Assembly: GCA_948467605.1 (NCBI GenBank)
Contig: CAOKET010000004.1
Coordinates: 7,799-71,798, forward strand
Origin: an uncultured Mycoplasmatota bacterium
GTDB taxonomy: Bacteria > Bacillota_I > Bacilli_A > RF39 > UBA660
DNA: 64,000 nt
Direction of reading: 5' to 3'
The position numbers and the translations under genes are program-made. Every line of letters begins with the position of its first letter. Position 1 is the stretch's first letter. Of the stretch, positions 10,753 to 20,889 are shown one piece after another. The notes below the pieces were generated by a model. The model did not search any database. It worked only from the letters and a program-made list of their open reading frames with translations, and was not told the DNA's origin.

Positions 10753-11829
10753 ATGGAATTTGATATTAGAGATAAAATACTTTATGGATTTAAGGAAGGT
10801 ATTAGAGAAAGAAGAATTGTAATTCCAGATGGAGTAGAAGAAATAGCATATGAGGCATTTGAAGAATGTATGGAATTAGAAGAAGTAATAATGCCAGATA
10901 GCATAAAAGTAATAGGTAGTGGAGCATTTTACAATTGCCAAAGATTAAGAAATGTAACAATGTCAGAAAATTTAGTAGAAATAGGAGAACGAGCATTTTT
11001 GGATTGTGAATATTTGGAAAATATATTTCTAAAAAATAATGTAAAAATAATAGACGAATATGCATTTGCTGGTTGTGATTGCTTGACAAATGTAATAATG
11101 TCAGAGGGAGTGGAAAAAATAGAACCTAATGCATTTGCATATTGTAAGAAACTAAATAGTATAAACATTCCAAATAGTGTAGAAAAAATAGGATATCATG
11201 CATTTCGATCATGTGAAAACTTAAAGAGTGTACAACTACCAAGAAACTTAAAAAAAATAGCGAGAAATTCATTTTACAGGTGCTATAAATTAGAAAAAAT
11301 ACAATTACCAACGGGTCTAAATAGGCTAGATATAAACCTGTTTAGTACACATGGTTTTCTTCTTTCCAATCCCACTTATGATAGTGATAGATTTAGTAGT
11401 TTAAAATGGATAACAGCTGAAGAAGGCGTATTTGAAAATTTAGATGATTATTCAAAGTATATATCACTTCCTAGTTGCATTAAGAATTATTATGATGGTA
11501 AAATTCACTATAGAGAGGAAGATATAAAAGCATTTAAAGACTTCTTAAAAAAATATAAAATGAAATACTTAAAATTATATCTAAAAAAAGAGAAAACAAT
11601 ATATTCTCAACAATTGTTTCATTTTACAGAACTATTCAGGTTTGCACTATATGATGCGGCTATTATTCCATATAAATACGTCCGTCACTTAGTTGATATA
11701 ATTGATGATGTAGGGATAAGACATATGTTATTACAATATATAAATCAAAAGGCTGAATTTGATGTAGAGTTAGATAGATTCGATATAGGCGAGTTTGGGG
11801 ATGAAGATTCAAAAAAACATAAACATTAA
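10753..11829 (+). CDS. BspA-type (LRR_5) leucine-rich repeat protein
   Basis: About 7 repeats of IxxxAFxxCxxLxxVxxPxx; no signal peptide. Confidence 0.85.
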   Translation: MEFDIRDKILYGFKEGIRERRIVIPDGVEEIAYEAFEECMELEEVIMPDSIKVIGSGAFYNCQRLRNVTMSENLVEIGERAFLDCEYLENIFLKNNVKIIDEYAFAGCDCLTNVIMSEGVEKIEPNAFAYCKKLNSINIPNSVEKIGYHAFRSCENLKSVQLPRNLKKIARNSFYRCYKLEKIQLPTGLNRLDINLFSTHGFLLSNPTYDSDRFSSLKWITAEEGVFENLDDYSKYISLPSCIKNYYDGKIHYREEDIKAFKDFLKKYKMKYLKLYLKKEKTIYSQQLFHFTELFRFALYDAAIIPYKYVRHLVDIIDDVGIRHMLLQYINQKAEFDVELDRFDIGEFGDEDSKKHKH

Positions 11830-11879
11830 AATTAACACTATTACCTCAATTACATAAAATGTGTTGAGGAGTGATTTTA

Positions 11880-12326
11880 ATGTATAGTTTATATATTGTT
11901 CAAGAAGGTGACACACTAGATTCAATTGCAAGAAAAACGGGTGTTAGTTCAAATGTAATAGCAAATATTAATAGTCTAGAGCCACTTTATACGCCACAAG
12001 CAGGAGATAAACTTGTAATACCTATACAAAATACATCGATTTTTGAAAGATATGAAATAAAAAAAGGAGACAGTCTATATAAAATTGCACAACTATATAA
12101 TACAACAGTAGATACTTTAGCAAAAATAAATGGGTTATCAAGTGATGATTATATTTACCCAGGAAATATACTTTTAGTACCAAGAAAAGGAATAAAGATA
12201 TATGTAACAGAAGAAGGAGATACAATAAGTAAAATAAGTAAAAAAGTAAATGTTCCCGCTGGTCAATTATTAAACCAGAATCCTAATGTTACATTGGCTG
12301 AAGATCAAATGATAATATATTATTAA
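11880..12326 (+). CDS. Multi-LysM peptidoglycan-binding protein
   Basis: YIVQEGDTLDSIA, YEIKKGDSLYKIA and YVTEEGDTISKIS repeats; ATG at 11880 after GAGGAG. Confidence 0.85.
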   Translation: MYSLYIVQEGDTLDSIARKTGVSSNVIANINSLEPLYTPQAGDKLVIPIQNTSIFERYEIKKGDSLYKIAQLYNTTVDTLAKINGLSSDDYIYPGNILLVPRKGIKIYVTEEGDTISKISKKVNVPAGQLLNQNPNVTLAEDQMIIYY

Positions 12327-12357
12327 AAAAACAAGAATCAGATTGATGTTTTATCAA

Positions 12358-12783
12358 CTATTCTTGTTTTTCTTTTACAAATATTTCTAAATTATCTTTA
12401 TTTTTCTTAGTAGTTATAGTGTATGATTTTTCGCCTATATCAAATGTAATTGCACTATCATAAGCATTGTGATTGATCATTAATGCAACAGTTGAATTGA
12501 CATCTATTTTTTCTAAACTAATATCATTATCAACTGTAGTAACTTTAAAATTACTTAATTCTTTATTGTTTTTAATAACTATATATGAATCTATTTGTTC
12601 ATTAATATTATATAATATATCACCATCTTGATAATTGTAATTCCTTGTAAATTCTACTATGAAGTCTTTATCTTCTTTTTTAGGTGAGAAAAATTCTATA
12701 TATTTATCTTTAAATAAAATAATTAAAACAATTCCTAGTGTTAATAATATAATAGGTTTTATAAAAGGCTTAACTTTTTTCAT
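12358..12783 (-). CDS. Hypothetical membrane-anchored protein
   Basis: AAGGAG RBS then MKKVKPF, one TM helix. Confidence 0.6.
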   Translation of the reverse strand: MKKVKPFIKPIILLTLGIVLIILFKDKYIEFFSPKKEDKDFIVEFTRNYNYQDGDILYNINEQIDSYIVIKNNKELSNFKVTTVDNDISLEKIDVNSTVALMINHNAYDSAITFDIGEKSYTITTKKNKDNLEIFVKEKQE

Positions 12784-12910
12784 AAATACTTTTCTCCTTA
12801 TATATAAATTATATACTATAATTACCAAAATTGAAAGATTTTACTAAATTAGAGTATGCACATGATAATTTTTATGTTATAATTAGGTAGAATAAGAGGA
12901 GGATGGCTAT

Positions 12911-13192
12911 ATGGAAGAGACAACTAATCAAATAATAAGGGTTATAGACGAAAACGGTGTTGAAAAGGATGCTGAAGTTTTAACTGTATTTGAAGTTACT
13001 GCAACAGGTAAAAACTACTGTATATACTCTGTTAAAAAAGACAACAGTGAAGATGTGAATGTTTTAGCGTCATTAATTGAAAAAGATGAAGAAGGTTTTG
13101 ACATACTTAAAGATATAACTGACCCTGAAGAGAAAAAAGTAATATATGATATAGTTTCTGAAATTGTAAGTAATGCTAGTACACCAGTTTAA
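12911..13192 (+). CDS. DUF1292 (YrzB-like) small acidic protein
   Basis: IRVIDENGVEKDAEVLTVFE...GKNYCIYS...LKDITDPEE pattern. Confidence 0.65.
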   Translation: MEETTNQIIRVIDENGVEKDAEVLTVFEVTATGKNYCIYSVKKDNSEDVNVLASLIEKDEEGFDILKDITDPEEKKVIYDIVSEIVSNASTPV

Positions 13193-13208
13193 TTAGGGAG
13201 TGGATAGA

Positions 13209-14342
13209 ATGAACGAAATTTATGTGAACGGAAATAAAATAGAATTGCCTACATCAGATAGCATTTCTATTAAAGATATAAAAGGAATGGATTTATCATA
13301 TAAACCATCTGTTTTAACATTTAAAAATGTAATAGCAACCTGTGATAATGGCACTTTATACTATATAAGAAACATATTTAAAACTTTAGAGAGCAAGATT
13401 GTATCAAGTAAGGGTGCAGAAAGGTTAGCATATATAACAATGCATAAAAAACTTTTAGAAAAAGTTGCTAGTTATACTTTAATAAAGAAAGAAACTAGTT
13501 ACTTAGATGGTTTAGATATAGAATCATTTTCAGAACCAGAAATACACCAAATGGAAGAAGAATTTGATATATCTATAGAGAAGAGCGAACAAACGGGGAT
13601 TGAAGAACAGCATTTTACAACACTTGAAGAAGACGAGCAGTCTGTTTTTGAAACATCGAGCGATAATAGTGTTATAGATGTAGATTATAGAGAAGCGGGT
13701 AAAGAAGATACATTTGTTGATTTTAAAAAAGACCCATCACAAGACAGCGTATCTTTTAATGAGGTAAAACCACAAGAAAATATAGAACCTGAAGAAAAGA
13801 GAAGTTTACTTGAAAGACTACAACAAATAAATAGCGAAGGAAGAATTTTTACAGATGAATCTAGAATAACAGATAGTACACTAAATATAAATAACGCTAT
13901 TAGTCTTGGAAAACTAAACTTAGGCACTATAAATACTGAACCTTCAAAACAACAAAAAGTTAATATCCAAAATAGCAAAATACTAGAAATGGGTAAAACA
14001 AAATATGAAACTCTAAAAAATGCATGTTCATCATTTAATAAAAAATTAGAATCAGAAACCATTAAAGAACCAGAAACATCATATAAAATAAAATCAGGAT
14101 TAATATGTAGATATAATCAAATAAGCAGAATAGATATTGAAAATTGTACTATTGCAGAAATGGCAAAAGAACTTTCTAGAGATATAAGCACTGGTGCAAG
14201 AAATATTTTTGCAAGATCAAAAAATAATACTTCAACAGCAAGCCAAAAATTTAAAAAACAACTACTCGAATTAAAAGAACGCTTAATTAGTGAAAGTTCT
14301 ATTGGCCCCGTTGAAGAAGCGGAAACCGCAAAGGTAATGTAA
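13209..14342 (+). CDS. Hypothetical acidic, partly disordered protein
   Basis: Long ORF directly after the DUF1292-like gene; E/D/S-rich centre; ATG at 13209 after GGGAG. Confidence 0.7.
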   Translation: MNEIYVNGNKIELPTSDSISIKDIKGMDLSYKPSVLTFKNVIATCDNGTLYYIRNIFKTLESKIVSSKGAERLAYITMHKKLLEKVASYTLIKKETSYLDGLDIESFSEPEIHQMEEEFDISIEKSEQTGIEEQHFTTLEEDEQSVFETSSDNSVIDVDYREAGKEDTFVDFKKDPSQDSVSFNEVKPQENIEPEEKRSLLERLQQINSEGRIFTDESRITDSTLNINNAISLGKLNLGTINTEPSKQQKVNIQNSKILEMGKTKYETLKNACSSFNKKLESETIKEPETSYKIKSGLICRYNQISRIDIENCTIAEMAKELSRDISTGARNIFARSKNNTSTASQKFKKQLLELKERLISESSIGPVEEAETAKVM

Positions 14343-14363
14343 AAACTAATATATTTTAAGTTT

Positions 14364-14394
14364 AAAAGAGGTTTAAATTTAAACTTCTTTTTTT
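14364..14394 (+). terminator. Intrinsic terminator
   Basis: AAAAGAGGTTTA-aat-TTAAACTTCTTTT followed by a T-run. Confidence 0.7.
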
Positions 14395-14452
14395 GTATTC
14401 TAATTAGATATAAAATTAAATTAAATAAATAAAATTAAATAGGTGGTTAAAA

Positions 14453-14668
14453 GTGTTCGGTAGAATAACTATATTTTTAATAGGATTTGGATTTATGGTA
14501 ATCGGATTTGCAGATATAATTATGTATTCTAATTTAATGACTATTGGGTATAATTTTACCGAATATGTCCATTTTATTATTAGTAAGTTTGAATGTTGGT
14601 ACAGTATAATTGGTTTATTTATAATAATTCTTACAATTTATATTCCAAGGAGGAAAGAAAATGAATAA
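14453..14668 (+). CDS. Small 2-TM membrane protein
   Basis: GTG start after AGGTGG; two hydrophobic segments; overlaps the next gene. Confidence 0.6.
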   Translation: MFGRITIFLIGFGFMVIGFADIIMYSNLMTIGYNFTEYVHFIISKFECWYSIIGLFIIILTIYIPRRKENE

Positions 14669-15314
14669 TATTTATGATATTTTACTTAACTTTAATAAGG
14701 AAAAGGCGTATCAATTTTATGAGTGGAATGATTCAGATAACATAATCCATATAAAAAAAATACCTGTATTAAAAGTAACAGACGAACAAATGATGATGGT
14801 AATTAAAAATACTATAAAGATTAGTAATGATGTTATATCTAAAATATATAATAAAACAGAAGAATTTAGTAAAAAGAAACTTGTTAATATTCCATATGCA
14901 GTAATTATTGGAAATTCTAAAGAATGTTATGCCTTTAGATTTAACAAATATGGCGAAGAACTAGGAAGAAGTAACTTAGTATTAGATGAAAAAGAAGAGG
15001 TACTTGAAATCATAAAACAATTAAAACTAGAGGAAATTAGTATAAGTCCATTAAAACCAATAACCTCTTGTGATATTGGTACTAGATTTGAGATGACTAA
15101 TAAAAGGCACATAAGAAATGAAATACAAAAGATATACAACTTAGATGATATAAGTAAATTAAAATATATATATTATGAAGTATTTGGAAAATGTGAGTCT
15201 AATAAATCCCTAATGTATAATAATTTAATTAATGAAATAAACGGTGATTGGGGAGAAAAACATGAGCAACTATTTGAATTATTTAAAATTTTAAATGTAA
15301 AGAAGCAACTATAA
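14661..15314 (+). CDS. DUF3603/YjbA-like protein
   Basis: MNNIYDILLNF...YQFYEW...HIKKIPVLKV...S.L..DE pattern resembling Bacillus YjbA. Confidence 0.6.
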   Translation: MNNIYDILLNFNKEKAYQFYEWNDSDNIIHIKKIPVLKVTDEQMMMVIKNTIKISNDVISKIYNKTEEFSKKKLVNIPYAVIIGNSKECYAFRFNKYGEELGRSNLVLDEKEEVLEIIKQLKLEEISISPLKPITSCDIGTRFEMTNKRHIRNEIQKIYNLDDISKLKYIYYEVFGKCESNKSLMYNNLINEINGDWGEKHEQLFELFKILNVKKQL

Positions 15315-15452
15315 TTATATAAACTATTTTTAAAAATATATCAATAATGGTATAATCGTATTAGATTGTATGTATATTTAAAAGTAAAATTATACTAAAA
15401 CAATTCTAAAAGTTTCTAAATTGTGGTATATTTATAATAGTGAGGCGATAAT

Positions 15453-16718
15453 ATGGCAGATGAACAAATTAAAAAAGAAAATAATGAAGAAAAACAAATA
15501 GAACTTACAAATATAGAAGATAATAAAAATATTAAAGAAGAAAAAATAAGTAAAAGTAATATTGTTATAGAAAAAAACTTTAGAATATTAGAAGTTATAA
15601 TAATATCTATAATAATGTTAGTGCTTGGTCTTTTTGTTGGAAGCATGTTTTTAAAGCAAAAAGTATCTAGTATATATAATACTTCTAATAAACATTTAGA
15701 GGAGTTTTTATCAACACTAAATACTATAAAAGAAAGATCATATTCTAATATTACAGAAGAAGAACTGTTTAACTCTGCTATTAAAGGTATGATTACATCA
15801 TTAGGAGATAATTATGCTGATTATTTTAATACAAATGAAACAGATAACTTTAATATAAAAATGCAAGGTTCTTATGTTGGAGTTGGATGTGAAATATCAA
15901 CTACAATAGATGGACAGATTTTAATAATGAATGTGTATGATAATACACCTGCAAGTGAGTCAGGATTACAAGCAGGAGATATTGTGCTAGAAATAGATGG
16001 TATGTCTGCAAAAGGGTGGACTAGCGACCAATTATCTAACTATATTAGAACAGGTGGTAAAATTGGTACAACTGTTTCTATAAAAGTAAATAGAGATGGC
16101 AAAGAGGTAATATTACCTTTAAAAAGAGGCTATGTTACATTAACCTCTGCATATGGTTATACTATTGAAAGAGATGGAAAAACAATAGGATATATAAAAA
16201 TGGATTTATTCGCACTTAACACATACACTCAATTTAAAAAAGTATTAACTGATTTAGAAAGTAAACAAATAGACTCATTAATAATTGATGTAAGAGATAA
16301 CTCAGGTGGATATTTAAGTGTTGCAACTTCTATAATCTCATTATTCTTACCTACTAATAAAGTAATATATCAATTACAGGACAAACAACATACACAAAAA
16401 GTATACTCTCAATCAAAAGAAAAAAGAGACTACAAAATAGCAGTATTAGTAAATGAAAACAGTGCATCAGCATCAGAAATACTAGCAGCAGCATTAAAAG
16501 AAAGTTATGGTGCTACTATTGTTGGTAAAACAACATATGGAAAAGGTACAGTTCAAGAGACTAATCAACTATCTAATGGAAATATGATAAAATACACTAT
16601 ACAAAACTGGTTAACACCTAATGGAACATGGATAGAGAAAAAAGGATATAAACCTGATATCCTTGTAGAAGCAGAAGAAGCAATATTAGATAGAGCAATA
16701 GAAATATTAGCAGAATAG
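15453..16718 (+). CDS. S41 family C-terminal processing protease (Ctp)
   Basis: TM anchor, AIKGMI.SLGDNY, PDZ domain, IIDVRDNSGG, NENSASASEI, GKTTYGKGTVQ. Confidence 0.92.
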   Translation: MADEQIKKENNEEKQIELTNIEDNKNIKEEKISKSNIVIEKNFRILEVIIISIIMLVLGLFVGSMFLKQKVSSIYNTSNKHLEEFLSTLNTIKERSYSNITEEELFNSAIKGMITSLGDNYADYFNTNETDNFNIKMQGSYVGVGCEISTTIDGQILIMNVYDNTPASESGLQAGDIVLEIDGMSAKGWTSDQLSNYIRTGGKIGTTVSIKVNRDGKEVILPLKRGYVTLTSAYGYTIERDGKTIGYIKMDLFALNTYTQFKKVLTDLESKQIDSLIIDVRDNSGGYLSVATSIISLFLPTNKVIYQLQDKQHTQKVYSQSKEKRDYKIAVLVNENSASASEILAAALKESYGATIVGKTTYGKGTVQETNQLSNGNMIKYTIQNWLTPNGTWIEKKGYKPDILVEAEEAILDRAIEILAE

Positions 16719-16817
16719 AAATAACAATTTCTGTTCTTTTTTTAATATTTAAGATTTACTATAACAATTAATAAAATTTTTAACAAAAATCCTAACAAAT
16801 ACTTTAAATTGCTTATT

Positions 16818-16845
16818 TTGACTTTTAATATTTTTATGATAGAAT
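16818..16845 (+). promoter_or_regulatory. Sigma-A-like promoter for mrnC-rlmB-sigH
   Basis: TTGACT-16 nt-TAGAAT with an extended TG. Confidence 0.55.
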
Positions 16846-16876
16846 GTATTTGTTATTTATTTGAAGGTGTAATTTT

Positions 16877-17236
16877 ATGGATATAAATGTAATAGAACTA
16901 GCATACTTAGGTGATGCCTTTTATGAACTTAAGGTAAGGGAATATTTAATAAAGAAAGGCATAAGAAAAGTAGATAATTTACAAAAATCAAGTGTTAATT
17001 ATGTGAGTGCTAAAGCACAAGCAAATATACTAAAATGCATTATGGATAACTTAACCCCTAAAGAGATAGATATTATTCATAGAGCAAGAAATTATAAAAG
17101 AAATACACATCCTAAAAATACAGATATACTTACATATAAACACTCTACTGCTTTTGAGGCACTAATTGGGTACTTATATATAAATAATAATGTAGATAGA
17201 ATAGATGATTTATTAAAAGATATATGGAGGAATTAA
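16877..17236 (+). CDS. mrnC: Mini-ribonuclease III
   Basis: LAYLGDAFYEL, YVSAKAQA, RARN, YKHSTAFEALIGYLY. Confidence 0.92.
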   Translation: MDINVIELAYLGDAFYELKVREYLIKKGIRKVDNLQKSSVNYVSAKAQANILKCIMDNLTPKEIDIIHRARNYKRNTHPKNTDILTYKHSTAFEALIGYLYINNNVDRIDDLLKDIWRN

Positions 17237-17237
17237 T

Positions 17238-17930
17238 ATGTACGTTTGTGGTAGAAATGTAGTAAGAGAATTAATTAAAAATAATACAAAAATATATAAG
17301 ATATTTACATACAATAAATTTGGCGATAACAATTTATTAAATGAAGTTAAAAATGCTAATATACCAGTTAAGTATATAGAAAAATATAAACTTGATAATA
17401 TAATAGAAAATAATCAGGGAATAATTGCAGATATAGATGATTACAAATATTATACTTTAAATGAGATTTTATCTGAAAACCCATTTTATGTAATGTTAGA
17501 TCACATAACAGACCCTCATAATTTTGGGGCTATTATAAGAACATGTGAAGCAGCAGGAGTAGATGCGATTATAATACCTAAAGATAGAAGTGTTGAGGTA
17601 AATTCTACTGTTATGAAAACAAGTGTAGGTACACTAGATAAAATCAAAATATGTATGGTTAATAACTTAAATGAAACTATAAAAAAATTAAAAAATAATG
17701 GGATTTGGATAGTAGGGACCGACATGATTGGTACTGATTATAAGAAAATAGATGCCAATATGCCAATTTGCTTAATAATTGGAAACGAAGGAGATGGAAT
17801 CTCTAAACTAGTTAAAGAAAATTGTGATTATATGGCAACTATACCAATGAAGGGGGAAGTTAACTCACTAAATGCTTCTGTTGCAGCAGGTATAATAATA
17901 TTTGAAATAAGTACTAATAGGGGGTTATAA
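17238..17930 (+). CDS. rlmB: 23S rRNA Gm2251 2'-O-methyltransferase
   Basis: SpoU motifs LDHITDPHNFGAIIRT, IGNEGDG, IPMKGEVNSLNASVA. Confidence 0.92.
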   Translation: MYVCGRNVVRELIKNNTKIYKIFTYNKFGDNNLLNEVKNANIPVKYIEKYKLDNIIENNQGIIADIDDYKYYTLNEILSENPFYVMLDHITDPHNFGAIIRTCEAAGVDAIIIPKDRSVEVNSTVMKTSVGTLDKIKICMVNNLNETIKKLKNNGIWIVGTDMIGTDYKKIDANMPICLIIGNEGDGISKLVKENCDYMATIPMKGEVNSLNASVAAGIIIFEISTNRGL

Positions 17931-18542
17931 ATGGGTAAATATGAATACAATGATTATGAATTACTAGATTATATACAAGAAAGCAATGAAGATGCAACAG
18001 AGATTTTATATGACAAGTATAAACATATAATTGAATCTATTGCAAAAAGTAAATTAAATAATAATATAGGATTAGAATTTAATGACTTAGTTCAAGAAGG
18101 AATGATTGGATTTAGTGAGGCAATAAGAGATTATAAAAATCAAAAGGATGTAACCTTTTATACATTCGCATCCCTTTGTATAGAAAGACAAATATTAACA
18201 GCAATAAAAAAGGCAACTAGAGATAAACATAAACTATTAAATGATTCAATATCACTTGACTACACATACAATGAAGACTCCAATCTTTATGATAATATAA
18301 GCGATGATAATCAACCTACTCCAGAAGATAAAATAATAGAAATGGAAGAAGAAAAACAATTATATAAAATCATAGTTGATAAGTTAAGCACATTTGAAAA
18401 ACAAGTATTTGATTTGAAAATTAAAAATTACTCATACAAAGAAATAAGCGCATCGCTAAATGTAGATACTAAAAAAATAGATAATGCAATCCAAAGAATA
18501 AAACAAAAGGCAACTACTGCATTATCTAACAAATTAAATTAA
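17931..18542 (+). CDS. sigH: RNA polymerase sigma-H factor
   Basis: DLVQEGMIG, TFASLCIERQILTAIKKATRDKH, SYKEI...IDNAIQRIK; conserved position between rlmB and secE. Confidence 0.88.
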   Translation: MGKYEYNDYELLDYIQESNEDATEILYDKYKHIIESIAKSKLNNNIGLEFNDLVQEGMIGFSEAIRDYKNQKDVTFYTFASLCIERQILTAIKKATRDKHKLLNDSISLDYTYNEDSNLYDNISDDNQPTPEDKIIEMEEEKQLYKIIVDKLSTFEKQVFDLKIKNYSYKEISASLNVDTKKIDNAIQRIKQKATTALSNKLN

Positions 18543-18657
18543 TCATTATAGAATTTATATAAAAATTATTTATAAATAAAGTTGGATAAGTCTTTTTTCA
18601 CTAATAAACAATATAATATAACAGATGAATTTATTTATTAAAAATCACTTATAATTA

Positions 18658-18686
18658 TTGACAATAATTGGGTGTTATGGTACTAT
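18658..18686 (+). promoter_or_regulatory. Sigma-A promoter for secE-nusG
   Basis: TTGACA-17 nt-TACTAT with an extended TG. Confidence 0.75.
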
Positions 18687-18738
18687 TTAGTTGTAAACAC
18701 TTGACTTGTGTTTTTATTTTGGAAAAGAAGGTTGAGAT

Positions 18739-18912
18739 ATGAAAAAAATCAAAGCATTTATTGCAGGAGTTGGCAAGGAAGCAAAACGCATTAAATGGCC
18801 GACAAAAAAAGAAATGGTAAAATATACTGGTGCCACTTTAGCGCTTGTGATATTATTTGCTGGTTTATTTTCATTATTAGATATACTTTTCTATTTCCTA
18901 GGAATAATATAG
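18739..18912 (+). CDS. secE: Preprotein translocase subunit SecE (57 aa, absent from the ORF track)
   Basis: Manually translated: MKKIKAFIAGVGKEAKRIKWPTKKEMVKYTGATLALVILFAGLFSLLDILFYFLGII; directly upstream of nusG. Confidence 0.93.
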   Translation: MKKIKAFIAGVGKEAKRIKWPTKKEMVKYTGATLALVILFAGLFSLLDILFYFLGII

Positions 18913-18921
18913 GTGACGATT

Positions 18922-19458
18922 ATGGATAAACAATGGTATGTAGTTAATACAATAACAGGGCATGAATATAAGGTTAAGGAAAAACTAACGATGCGTGTTG
19001 AATCTATGGGATTACAAAACAGTATCTTTAGAGTAATTGTTCCTGAACAAAAAGAAGTCGTAGTTAAAAATGGAGCCAAAAAGGAACAGGTTAAAAAAAT
19101 GTTCCCTGGATACGTTTTAATTGAGATGGTAATGTCCGATGATGCATGGTATATCGTTAGAAATACACAAGGTGTTACAGGATTCATTGGTTCTTCTGGT
19201 AAAGGTGCTAAACCTATTCCATTAAAGCCAAGTGAAGTAGACCATATATTAAACAATATGGGAATGAGCCGTATAGAATTAGCTAATGATCTTAAAATTG
19301 GAGATCATGTTAGAATTATAGAAGGTCCATTTAAGTCAATGGTTGGAGTTGTTCAAGAAATCGATTTGAAGACACAAAAACTAACAGTATCGCTAGATTT
19401 GTTTGGACAAGAAACCGCAGTCGATGCAGAACTTGCTGAGATTGAAAAAATTAATTAG
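18922..19458 (+). CDS. nusG: Transcription factor NusG
   Basis: WYVVNT..GHE.KV, KKMFPGYVLIEM, VRNTQGVTGFIG, KOW motif, LFGQET. Confidence 0.97.
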   Translation: MDKQWYVVNTITGHEYKVKEKLTMRVESMGLQNSIFRVIVPEQKEVVVKNGAKKEQVKKMFPGYVLIEMVMSDDAWYIVRNTQGVTGFIGSSGKGAKPIPLKPSEVDHILNNMGMSRIELANDLKIGDHVRIIEGPFKSMVGVVQEIDLKTQKLTVSLDLFGQETAVDAELAEIEKIN

Positions 19459-19552
19459 ACATTTATATTATTTATATATAGATGAATATAATGCATTGGG
19501 GTAAAAATACAAAGTATGATTATATCAATAAAATTATAAGGAGATGAGTTAA

Positions 19553-19978
19553 ATGGCAAAACAAGTAACAAAAGAAATTAAATTACAAATTCCTGCCGGT
19601 AAAGCAACACCTGCTCCACCAGTTGGTACAGTATTAGGACCTGCTGGTATAAACTTGCAAGAATTTTGTACAAAATATAATGATGCAACTAGAGATAAAA
19701 TGGGTGACATCTTACCAGTATTGATTACTATATATGATGATCGTTCATTTGATTTCGTTCTAAAAACTCCACCAACTGGATTCTTACTTAAAAAATATGC
19801 TAAGATTAATAAAGGTGGAAGCAAAGGTTCAACTGAAACAGTTGCAACAATTACTAAACAACAATTAAAAGAAATAGCAGAAATTAAATTACCTGATTTA
19901 AATGCTTATACTATAGAACAAGCAATGAAGATTGTTGAAGGTACAGCACGTAATATGGGTATAAAAGTAGAAGAATAA
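19553..19978 (+). CDS. rplK: 50S ribosomal protein L11
   Basis: [21 protein letters not shown]...FCTKYN...GTARNMGI. Confidence 0.98.
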   Translation: MAKQVTKEIKLQIPAGKATPAPPVGTVLGPAGINLQEFCTKYNDATRDKMGDILPVLITIYDDRSFDFVLKTPPTGFLLKKYAKINKGGSKGSTETVATITKQQLKEIAEIKLPDLNAYTIEQAMKIVEGTARNMGIKVEE

Positions 19979-19993
19979 TAATCATATAACATC

Positions 19994-20026
19994 TATGTGG
20001 GAGGATTACCCCGTTTGCACCACATA
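19994..20026 (+). promoter_or_regulatory. L1-binding autoregulatory RNA site upstream of rplA
   Basis: TATGTGGGAGG...ACCACATA hairpin next to the rplA RBS, the Firmicutes L1-site layout. Confidence 0.75.
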
Positions 20027-20042
20027 AGGAGGAATAAAATAA

Positions 20043-20738
20043 ATGAAAAAAGGAAAGAAACATTTAGAAGCATTAAGCAAAGTTGAAAAGAATAAAGCAT
20101 ATTCTTTAAACGAGGCTGTAAAATTAGTAAAAGAAACTTCTTATACTAAATTTGATGCATCTGTTGAAATAGCTATGAATCTTAATCTTGATACTAAAAA
20201 AGTAGATCAACAATTAAGAGGAGCAGTAGTACTTCCAAATGGTACTGGTAAAACAAAAAGAATATTAGTACTTACTAAAGGAGATAATGCTAAAATAGCA
20301 CGTGAAGCAGGAGCAGATTATGTTGGAGATATGGACATGATTGAAAAAATCGAAAAGGAAAATTGGTTCGAATTTGATTGTTTAATCGCGACTCCTGATA
20401 TGATGCCTGCATTAGGTAAAATTGGTAAGGTTTTAGGACCTCGTGGATTAATGCCTAACCCTAAAACAGGAACAGTAACAACTGATGTTAAAAAGGCTGT
20501 TGAAGATGTTTTAAAAGGTCGTGTAGAATATCGTACTGATAGTTTTGGTAATATACATGCACTTGTTGGAAAAACATCATTTGATGAGGCTAAATTAGCA
20601 GAAAACATTAAATATTTTGTAGGAGTAATAGTTAAATCTAAACCTGCAACTGCTAAAGGAAATTATATTAAAAATATTTCTATTTCATCAACAATGGGTC
20701 CTGGAATAAAATTAGATACAAATTCTTTTGACAATTAA
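20043..20738 (+). CDS. rplA: 50S ribosomal protein L1
   Basis: [47 protein letters not shown]. Confidence 0.98.
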   Translation: MKKGKKHLEALSKVEKNKAYSLNEAVKLVKETSYTKFDASVEIAMNLNLDTKKVDQQLRGAVVLPNGTGKTKRILVLTKGDNAKIAREAGADYVGDMDMIEKIEKENWFEFDCLIATPDMMPALGKIGKVLGPRGLMPNPKTGTVTTDVKKAVEDVLKGRVEYRTDSFGNIHALVGKTSFDEAKLAENIKYFVGVIVKSKPATAKGNYIKNISISSTMGPGIKLDTNSFDN

Positions 20739-20772
20739 AAGAATTGTGATATAATAAATAAAAAAGCAAGTA

Positions 20773-20865
20773 CCATAGACAGTAGGTGATGTAAAAGTCT
20801 TAATATCCTACCGAGGAACTTAAAGAATATCTTTAGTCTTCGCACGTCTTTGCGAAGCCTTTTTT
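20773..20865 (+). promoter_or_regulatory. L10 leader (rplJ attenuator)
   Basis: AGACAGTAGGTG...TTAATATCCTACCGAGG core, then terminator CTTCGCA-cgtctt-TGCGAAG and a T-run. Confidence 0.85.
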
Positions 20866-20889
20866 ATAAAATTATAAAAGGAGGAAAAT

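Noticed and set aside
18543-18738. rpmG (L33) expected between sigH and secE
   Set aside because: No ORF with L33 motifs was found in this interval; it holds only a promoter.
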